This document shows, piece after piece, positions 49,725-56,305 of a stretch of 56,305 nucleotides of DNA. Below the pieces are notes generated by a model, which was not told the origin of the DNA, did no database searches, and worked only from the letters and a program-made list of their open reading frames with translations. Origin of the DNA: Mucilaginibacter sp. (GTDB lineage Bacteria; Bacteroidota; Bacteroidia; Sphingobacteriales; Sphingobacteriaceae); contig JAQBNY010000075.1 in assembly GCA_028288315.1 (NCBI GenBank), positions 1 through 56,305 on the forward strand, given 5' to 3'. How positions within the stretch are numbered: position 1 is the stretch's first letter; the number at the start of each line of letters is the position of its first letter. The translations under genes were made by a program, and so were the position numbers.

Positions 49725-50582
49725 ATGAGACAACTAAAAATATCCCAATCCATTACCAACCGCGAATCGCAATCGTTAGATAAATATTTAACCGAGATAG
49801 GGAAGGTAGACCTGATCACTGCGCAGGAAGAAGTTATTCTTGCACAAAAGATTCGTGAGGGTGACCAGGCAGCATTGGAACGCTTAACAAAAACAAACCT
49901 TCGTTTCGTAGTTTCTGTTGCCAAACAATATCAAAACCAAGGTCTTACATTAGGCGACCTGATTAATGAAGGCAACCTTGGGCTGATAAAGGCAGCCAAA
50001 CGTTTTGATGAAACAAAGGGATTTAAATTTATTTCATACGCCGTATGGTGGATCCGTCAGTCAATATTATCTGCTGTTGCTGAGCAATCAAGAATAGTAC
50101 GTTTACCATTGAATCAGATAGGTTCTTTAAGCAAAATACACAAGGCAGCATCTAAGCTTGAGCAAATGTATGAGCGCCAGCCTACGCCTGAAGAGTTAGC
50201 CGATGATTTGGAAACTACTACCGAGAAAATAGCTGATTCATTATCTAACGCAGGCCGTCAGGTTTCTGTTGATGCGCCATTTATTACAGGCGAAGAAAAT
50301 ACCCTGCTTGATGTTTTACAAAGTAGTGATGCAGGTACTGATAACGACCTGATGATAGATTCACTTACCCAGGAAATTAAACGTTCATTAGGTATTTTAG
50401 CTGAGCGCGACAGGGAAGTGATTGTATTGTTTTTTGGCTTAAATAATAATGCCGCTCATTCTTTAGAAGAAATTGGCGAAAAGTACAGCCTTACCCGCGA
50501 ACGTGTTCGTCAAATAAAAGATAAAGCCTTGATGCGTTTAAGACAAAACTCAAGAGCTAATTTATTGCAATCTTATTTATAA
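49725..50582 (+). CDS. RNA polymerase sigma-70 factor, Bacteroidota RpoD/SigA type (no region 1.1)
   Basis: [50 protein letters not shown]. Confidence 0.95.
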   Translation: MRQLKISQSITNRESQSLDKYLTEIGKVDLITAQEEVILAQKIREGDQAALERLTKTNLRFVVSVAKQYQNQGLTLGDLINEGNLGLIKAAKRFDETKGFKFISYAVWWIRQSILSAVAEQSRIVRLPLNQIGSLSKIHKAASKLEQMYERQPTPEELADDLETTTEKIADSLSNAGRQVSVDAPFITGEENTLLDVLQSSDAGTDNDLMIDSLTQEIKRSLGILAERDREVIVLFFGLNNNAAHSLEEIGEKYSLTRERVRQIKDKALMRLRQNSRANLLQSYL

Positions 50583-50619
50583 CATACGGATTGGTGTCAA
50601 AAAGATACCGATTTGGATT

Positions 50620-50652
50620 AAAAGCCGCCTTTTGCATAAAAAGGCGGCTTTT
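50620..50652. terminator. Bidirectional intrinsic terminator
   Basis: AAAAGCCGCCTTTT-GCATA-AAAAGGCGGCTTTT perfect 14-bp stem between convergent genes. Confidence 0.9.
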
Positions 50653-50655
50653 GCA

Positions 50656-50985
50656 TTATTTAGACTGATCGTTTTGTTTTAGGTATTTATAGTGTAGTTG
50701 TTTTAATGTTTCTTCCGATTCTTTATCGGTTGAGTAGCCGTAACCTGTAACCAAAATGCCTTTTTGGCCCGATGGCGAAGCCAATGCATAAACGGTAGCT
50801 TCATCCGCAGGGTCTGATGCTCCTTCGTACCTATATTGGTCAACTATTTCAAAATCATCAGCCGGGTATGAGTGTTCGCCTGCTTTAAGATGGTTTTGTG
50901 CTAAATTAAAATCCAGCGTAAAGCCTTGTTCTTTTAATTTATCAATAGCTTCGGTTACTGTGTCATAGTGGAATTTCTGTTTCAT
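50656..50985 (-). CDS. Conserved small Bacteroidota protein of unknown function
   Basis: EAIDKLKEQGFTLDF, YRYEGASDPAD, KGILVTGYG. Confidence 0.8.
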   Translation of the reverse strand: MKQKFHYDTVTEAIDKLKEQGFTLDFNLAQNHLKAGEHSYPADDFEIVDQYRYEGASDPADEATVYALASPSGQKGILVTGYGYSTDKESEETLKQLHYKYLKQNDQSK

Positions 50986-51021
50986 GGTAGTAGATGTTTT
51001 GGTTGATGTATATAGATTCAG

Positions 51022-51279
51022 CTATTCAAACTCTTCTTCTTCCTCGTCGTCTTCCTCAGGTATATAATTGCCTATTGCCTGGCCTATCTGATCAACTTCC
51101 GGGTTATTGTCAAACATCGGCATTTCAGTTTCCGGATCTAATTTTAGCCAAACGTTTTCGGTATCCTTTTCTATCTTGCCAAATTCAGCTCCGGCTTTAA
51201 ATATGATGTAAACGTTATCTTCTTCAGGGAAAACAGAATAAACTATTCCATTCACTAATATGTCAAATGGGTCTTGCAT
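51022..51279 (-). CDS. Small acidic hypothetical protein
   Basis: 85 aa, ATG start, acidic tail EEDDEEEEEFE, co-oriented with neighbours. Confidence 0.75.
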   Translation of the reverse strand: MQDPFDILVNGIVYSVFPEEDNVYIIFKAGAEFGKIEKDTENVWLKLDPETEMPMFDNNPEVDQIGQAIGNYIPEEDDEEEEEFE

Positions 51280-51345
51280 AATATAAGTATTGTAATACAG
51301 TGCAATTTACCAATTTTACAATACCTGCCTAAATGATGCAGCTAA

Positions 51346-52146
51346 TTAAATTTGCGAATAAGCAGTTGGTACCAATAAAGTTGATATTATCTTGCTCACC
51401 AGCAGTGCGTCTGCATACTCTGGCACACTGCTAATTTTTTTCCATTGTGGGTCGCCACCAAAGGCTTTCCAGTGAGCATTTTTAGCATCAAGATCATCAA
51501 AAGAAACCATATAAGTTAGGTTTGGCCTTAACGGACCAATAACCGTTTCGCCCCAAAATACAGGTTTAAAGCCCAGGCGTTTAAAAATATCTATCTCCCC
51601 TTGATCTGTAAACATTTCAATTTTCTTTTTGCCGGCTGCTTCGCTGGCACTTTGGTACTGGCGTAATTCAAAAATTCGTGCTTTCTTTTCAGGTGCAGCT
51701 AACTTTAAAGCGTACGTAAATGATTTTAAAAGCGAGCTCTCTATACGCTCGTAAGCCGGCTCTTTAGCAGGGGCATTAAGGTAAGCTGCTCCCTTGGTAT
51801 TTAGCTCGGTATCTTTGCCAATAGTTTCTGTTATTGTATTAAAATGGGTAAGGTTGTTATATTGGGTAATTACATATATTTTGGTTTGCCCGGATGGGTT
51901 CATTTCTGTAAACACACCAACATGTTTAACACCAGCACGATTTAGAGAAGGTATGGCGGCATTTTTTAAATAATCTTCAACAAGCTTTTGTTGTGTTTCA
52001 TTTTTTAAAGTGTATACCCTTAGCTCATAATATTCGGCGCTTGTAGCGGCTTTTGTATCTGTTGGCATGGCAGTACTAACTGCAGGTAGAATGGTAGCAG
52101 CAGCACCGCTTATAAATGATGATTTTACAAATGAACGTCTTTTCAT
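51346..52146 (-). CDS. NIPSNAP family protein with Tat-like signal
   Basis: MKRRSFVK; YYELRVY and IFELRQY tandem domains; WKAFGGDPQW; LVPTAYSQI. Confidence 0.88.
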   Translation of the reverse strand: MKRRSFVKSSFISGAAATILPAVSTAMPTDTKAATSAEYYELRVYTLKNETQQKLVEDYLKNAAIPSLNRAGVKHVGVFTEMNPSGQTKIYVITQYNNLTHFNTITETIGKDTELNTKGAAYLNAPAKEPAYERIESSLLKSFTYALKLAAPEKKARIFELRQYQSASEAAGKKKIEMFTDQGEIDIFKRLGFKPVFWGETVIGPLRPNLTYMVSFDDLDAKNAHWKAFGGDPQWKKISSVPEYADALLVSKIISTLLVPTAYSQI

Positions 52147-52238
52147 GATGTATTTTAAATTGGAAAAGCTAATATAGGAATTGCATGCATTTATTTTTAC
52201 AGCTTCTTTTTTAATATACTTGTATTAACATTTTACAC

Positions 52239-52820
52239 ATGGATCATAACCTCTTACTCGCCGGTATTGCCAAATACGTTAATCTTGATGCTGAAGAGCA
52301 AGAGTACCTGATCTCTGTACTGCATTATAAAAAAATTAAGCGTAAACAGCTTATTTTAGAGGAAGGCGACATTAATAACAAAGTAACTTTTGTTACCAGC
52401 GGTTGCCTGCGCAGTTATGCTGTTGATAAAAACGGCACCGAACATGTGCTGCAATTTGCGCCTGCCGGCTGGTGGATAACCGATATGCGCAGTTTTACTA
52501 CCGGGCAGCCTGCCCGATTAAATATTGATGCCATTGAAGACAGCGAGTATATTTATATCCCCAAAGCTAATTTTGAAGAACTGAATATCCGTATCCCCAA
52601 GTTTGAACATTATAACAGGGTAATAGGTCAGAATGCCCTTGCCACCTATCAGCACAGGCAAATTGATAATGTAACCCTGTCGGCTATGGAACGGTATGCT
52701 AATTTTTGCCAGTTATATCCATCGTTAATTAAAACCCTTCCGCAAAAACAGGTGGCGTCATATATAGGTGTTACGCCCGAGTTTTTAAGCAAGATGCTGA
52801 ATACCATGATCGTTAAATAA
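52239..52820 (+). CDS. Crp/Fnr family transcriptional regulator
   Basis: cNMP-binding-like domain (LEEGD, FVTSGCLRSY); HTH VASYIGVTPEFLSK. Confidence 0.92.
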   Translation: MDHNLLLAGIAKYVNLDAEEQEYLISVLHYKKIKRKQLILEEGDINNKVTFVTSGCLRSYAVDKNGTEHVLQFAPAGWWITDMRSFTTGQPARLNIDAIEDSEYIYIPKANFEELNIRIPKFEHYNRVIGQNALATYQHRQIDNVTLSAMERYANFCQLYPSLIKTLPQKQVASYIGVTPEFLSKMLNTMIVK

Positions 52821-52837
52821 ACCACCCTGTATTTCTC

Positions 52838-52904
52838 TTAATCTACATTAAGTTTTCATGTTAATCTACATTATTGGTGCGCCGTGGCATACCTGGTATC
52901 TTTG
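52838..52904 (+). promoter_or_regulatory. Tandem Fnr-like boxes plus -33/-7 promoter of pirin operon
   Basis: TTAATCTACATTA at 52838 and 52861; TTG 52874-76, 20-nt spacer, TATCTTTG 52897-52904. Confidence 0.8.
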
Positions 52905-52927
52905 TTATATCAAAAAGGGAAAGCGTC

Positions 52928-53782
52928 ATGAAAAAGAAAATTCAACACATACTTGCCGGTCGCGAAAAACAGATAACAAAGGAAGATATTGTAAGGCAGC
53001 CATTGCCGCACATGGATTTCAGGTTTGCTAATCCGTTTATTGTGTTACACCATATGGGTCCTAAGGATATTACACCTAACCAGGAGTTAAGGATCCATCC
53101 GCATCCGCATCGGGGTTTTGCACCTGTTACTTTTCAGTTGCAGGGCGAAGGCTATCATAAAGATAGTGCCGGGCATGACGAAATCATAGAAGCAGGCGAT
53201 GTACAATGGATGTTTGCAGGCAAAGGTATTTTGCATAGCGAAGGCCCAACTAAAAACATGCTGGAGAAAGGCGGAGTGCAGGAGCTGATTCAATTATGGA
53301 TAAACGTACCAAAGGCAAATAAATGGGATGAGCCAACCTATCAATCGGCCACTAAACAACAGCAACCACAGGTTTTGCAGCAAGATGGAGTTAACCTGAG
53401 GTTGGCAAGCGGTAGTTACGATGGCAAAACCGGTCCTCTGAAAAGTTTTACGCCGGTTATTTCTATTGTAGGTGAGGTTGAGCAGGGCAAGCAGGTGCAG
53501 TTTATGGCAACCCCCGGTTATTGGACATTGTTGTACATAGCCAAAGGTCGTGTAAACATTAACCAGGAGACTGTAGAGCAATATAATCTGGTGGTTTTTG
53601 AAAAGGATAATGAAGAGGTAATATTAACTGCCGAGGAAGATACCCAGATACTGTTCCTTTCTGCCGAGCCAATTGATGAGCCTGTAGCTGCAAAAGACAA
53701 TTTTGTAATGAACACAGCCGAAGAAACTAACCAGGCTATAGAAGATTATAAGAACGGCGTGTTCGGTAGCTTAAGCTTTTAA
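52928..53782 (+). CDS. Pirin family protein
   Basis: HPHRGF, VQWMFAGKGILHSE, QLWINVP, FVMNT; ATG 52928 lies downstream of the promoter. Confidence 0.93.
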   Translation: MKKKIQHILAGREKQITKEDIVRQPLPHMDFRFANPFIVLHHMGPKDITPNQELRIHPHPHRGFAPVTFQLQGEGYHKDSAGHDEIIEAGDVQWMFAGKGILHSEGPTKNMLEKGGVQELIQLWINVPKANKWDEPTYQSATKQQQPQVLQQDGVNLRLASGSYDGKTGPLKSFTPVISIVGEVEQGKQVQFMATPGYWTLLYIAKGRVNINQETVEQYNLVVFEKDNEEVILTAEEDTQILFLSAEPIDEPVAAKDNFVMNTAEETNQAIEDYKNGVFGSLSF

Positions 53783-53821
53783 TAAATTAAATAAACATAC
53801 AACCAAATAATATACAACATC

Positions 53822-54757
53822 ATGGAAAATACTGTAAACGGAATACATCATATAACAGCCATAGCAGGCAACGCTAAACGTAATTACGATTTTTATACAA
53901 ATGTACTGGGCCTTCGGTTGGTGAAAAAGACTGTCAACTTTGACGATCCTGAAACCTATCATTTATATTATGGCGATAAACAAGGAACACCCGGAACTAT
54001 CTTAACTTTTTTCCCGTGGGAAAATATTACCGCCGGCAGGAGAGGTGCAAGACAGGCTACTGAGATAGGCTATTCGGTACCTGAAAATAGTTTTGATTTT
54101 TGGATTAATCGTTTTGAGAAACACAATGTCACTTATAACAAGGTAGCCGAGAAATTTGACGAGAAATATCTTACTTTTTTAGACCCCGATGGCTTAAAAT
54201 TGGAATTGATTGCCGGCAAAGCAACCGACACCCGTTTGCCCTGGGAAACTGATGAGGTTAAAGCTGAAAATGCTACCAAGGGGTTTTACAATGTAACCAT
54301 CACAACCAACAAAATGCAGCCCACTGCAGATATTCTTACTAATGTGTTTGGTTACCGTTTATTGGAGCAGAATGTTAACCGTTACCGCTTTATAACTGAC
54401 GCGGTTGAAGGTGCCAATATTATTGACCTGGTTGAAGTAGCTGGTGAGGTTGCCGGGCATGTGGCTGGCGGATCGGTTCACCACGTTGCTTTTAGAGTGA
54501 AAAACGAAGAAGTGTTAATGCAGTATCGTGATAAAATAGCAGCTTTAGGTTTGAACATTACAGATAAGATAGATCGTAACTATTTCTTCTCTTTATACTT
54601 TCGCGAACCGGGAGGCGTATTGTTTGAATTGGCTACTGATAACCCTGGTTTTAGCTTTGATGAGCCGGTAGAAGAATTAGGTACGCACTTAAAACTACCC
54701 GCACAGTATGAACAATATCGCAGCAGTTTAGAAACTACTTTACCAAAATTGAGTTAA
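53822..54757 (+). CDS. Ring-cleaving dioxygenase, VOC family (MhqO/PcpA-like)
   Basis: GIHHITAI, VKKTVNFDDP, TFFPW, VHHVAF, DRNYFFSLYFREPGGVLFELAT. Confidence 0.92.
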   Translation: MENTVNGIHHITAIAGNAKRNYDFYTNVLGLRLVKKTVNFDDPETYHLYYGDKQGTPGTILTFFPWENITAGRRGARQATEIGYSVPENSFDFWINRFEKHNVTYNKVAEKFDEKYLTFLDPDGLKLELIAGKATDTRLPWETDEVKAENATKGFYNVTITTNKMQPTADILTNVFGYRLLEQNVNRYRFITDAVEGANIIDLVEVAGEVAGHVAGGSVHHVAFRVKNEEVLMQYRDKIAALGLNITDKIDRNYFFSLYFREPGGVLFELATDNPGFSFDEPVEELGTHLKLPAQYEQYRSSLETTLPKLS

Positions 54758-54761
54758 TAAA

Positions 54762-55385
54762 ATGTATAAACACAGCAAACAAATAAGCATTGGAGGCGTA
54801 CCAGCCGCCAATGCAAAAGCTGCATTAATAATGATACATGGCAGGGGCGCATCTGCTGATGATATTATGCGATTAGCAAGCCGGTTAAATGTAAAGGACA
54901 TGGCTTTGTATGCACCACAGGCTACCAATAACAGTTGGTACCCCTATAGTTTTATGGCGCCCGTTCAAGAGAATGAACCGGCGTTAAGTTCGGCGCTAGA
55001 TGTGATTGACCAGGTAGTTGAACAGGCCATTGCAGATGGCATTAGCACAGACAAAATATATTTCCTGGGCTTTTCGCAGGGGGCATGTTTAACATTGGAA
55101 TACATTGCCCGTAATGCTAAACGTTTTGGTGGTGCTGTAGCATTTACCGGCGGATTGATAGGTGAGGAGCTGGAACTAAAAAACTACGGCGGCGACTTTG
55201 CAGCTACTCCTGTGCTGATCACAACCGGCGACCCTGACGCGCATGTGCCGCTGAGCAGGGTTAAGGAAAGTGTTGACGTGTTAAAAGGCTTAAATGCTAA
55301 TGTTACCTTAAAAGTTTACAAAGGCAGGCCGCATACTATTAGCTTTGAGGAATTGAGTTTGGCTAATGAATATATATTTTTATGA
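54762..55385 (+). CDS. Phospholipase/carboxylesterase (MhqD-like alpha/beta hydrolase)
   Basis: HGRG, WYPYSF, GFSQG, DAHVP, HTI. Confidence 0.9.
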   Translation: MYKHSKQISIGGVPAANAKAALIMIHGRGASADDIMRLASRLNVKDMALYAPQATNNSWYPYSFMAPVQENEPALSSALDVIDQVVEQAIADGISTDKIYFLGFSQGACLTLEYIARNAKRFGGAVAFTGGLIGEELELKNYGGDFAATPVLITTGDPDAHVPLSRVKESVDVLKGLNANVTLKVYKGRPHTISFEELSLANEYIFL

Positions 55386-55450
55386 AAAAACTGATAGATT
55401 ACCTGCTGGCATTCTGGACATCCCGTCAATTTAAAAAAGTAAAAAAATGA
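55382..55450 (+). CDS. Putative 22-aa peptide MKKLIDYLLAFWTSRQFKKVKK (not in ORF track)
   Basis: Start overlaps upstream stop (ATGA 55382-85) and stop overlaps downstream start (ATGA 55447-50). Confidence 0.5.
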   Translation: MKKLIDYLLAFWTSRQFKKVKK

Positions 55451-55731
55451 ATTTTGCAGACATTGAATTAATAAACAACGAAGCCATTCACAACTTTGAA
55501 CTGTTTGTGAACGGGCACCGCGCTTTTATAGATTACAAAACAAAGGATAATAAAATATACCTGGTACATACCGAAGTGCCTGCCGAATTAAAGGGGATGG
55601 GGGTTGCCGAAGCTTTGGTAGAAAAAACCTTTAACTACATTGAGCAGCACCAGCTAAAAATGGTGCCTTTATGCAGTTATATTCGGATTTTTTTAAAACG
55701 CCACCCCGAGTGGAACCGTTTAGTGGCGTAA
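55447..55731 (+). CDS. Small GNAT acetyltransferase (YjdJ-like)
   Basis: HTEVP, GMGVAEALV, VPLCSY. Confidence 0.88.
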   Translation: MNFADIELINNEAIHNFELFVNGHRAFIDYKTKDNKIYLVHTEVPAELKGMGVAEALVEKTFNYIEQHQLKMVPLCSYIRIFLKRHPEWNRLVA

Positions 55732-55814
55732 GATTATTCTCAAGGCTTTATTGCGTCTCTACATTACCTTAATTTAGGTGATGATATACGAGTTGGGACA
55801 AAGTGGGAACTTTT

Positions 55815-56303
55815 CTATTTTAAATTCTTGATAGCCCTTGCAGGCACACCGGCTACAATTGTGTTTGCGGGTACATCCTTTGTTACAACAGCGCCTGCGG
55901 CCACAACCGAGTTTTCACCAATAGTAACCCCCGGCAATATTGTGGCTGCTGCACCAATCCATGCGTTACGTTTAACCACAATAGGACTACAAACCAAAGA
56001 CTTTCTATTTTCAGGATCCATTGGGTGATTTTCGGTAATTAAGTTGACTTTTGGCCCAACGAGGACATTATCTTCTAAGGTAATTCCACCCATATCCAAG
56101 AATGTACAGGCATGGTTTACAAATACATTCTTACCCATTTTAATAAATGCGCCAAAATTTGTAAAAAATGGAGCGAAAACAATGGTAGAATCGTCTATCT
56201 CTGTACCAATCACAGCGCTTAGCCGTTCCCGGATTTGACCTACATCCCTTGATGAAGCATTAAGTTCGGAAATTAGGTTTATAGTCCGGGAAACCACTTC
56301 CTG
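55815..56303 (-). CDS. Hexapeptide-repeat sugar O-acetyltransferase (5'-truncated by window edge)
   Basis: [44 protein letters not shown]. Confidence 0.9.
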   Translation of the reverse strand, partial: QEVVSRTINLISELNASSRDVGQIRERLSAVIGTEIDDSTIVFAPFFTNFGAFIKMGKNVFVNHACTFLDMGGITLEDNVLVGPKVNLITENHPMDPENRKSLVCSPIVVKRNAWIGAAATILPGVTIGENSVVAAGAVVTKDVPANTIVAGVPARAIKNLK

Positions 56304-56305
56304 TA

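Noticed and set aside
50994-51200. 68-aa plus-strand ORF
   Set aside because: Antisense to the acidic 85-aa gene; no coding features
52874-52927. TTG-start extension of pirin
   Set aside because: Lies within the -33/-7 promoter; ATG 52928 is the plausible start

Overview
Bacteroidota chromosomal window, most likely Sphingobacteriaceae (Mucilaginibacter/Pedobacter-like; inferred from SusC/SusD, PorP/SprF, UpxY, the short SigA and TAnnTTTG promoters). Four blocks. (1) 1-13.5 kb: 3' part of a polysaccharide-utilisation locus (SusC/SusD, sodium:sugar symporter, dual-domain esterase, GH95, clan GH-D glycosidase) that embeds a non-phosphorylative L-fucose catabolic pair, an HSD17B14-like SDR and an L-fuconate dehydratase. 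(2) 13.5-17.5 kb, minus strand: type IX secretion cassette (small Ig-like proteins, type-B CTD cargo, PorP/SprF). (3) 18-47.8 kb: AT-rich Wzx/Wzy capsule/EPS locus with UpxY, a duplicated GCGAAGC-containing leader motif, many tailoring enzymes (two FemABX-like proteins, AsnB-like amidotransferase, 2OG-Fe(II) hydroxylase, three DegT-like proteins, deacetylase) and a non-canonical PL1 lipoprotein. (4) 48-56.3 kb: small basic protein under four 11-bp-phased repeats, probably leaderless GH25, SigA-type sigma factor, NIPSNAP, and a Crp/Fnr-pirin-VOC dioxygenase-esterase-GNAT operon with tandem Fnr-like boxes and an uncalled 22-codon ORF coupled by ATGA overlaps at both ends. No rRNA, tRNA, CRISPR array, transposase or integrase recognised. 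All product calls come from motif recognition by eye; no database search was run.
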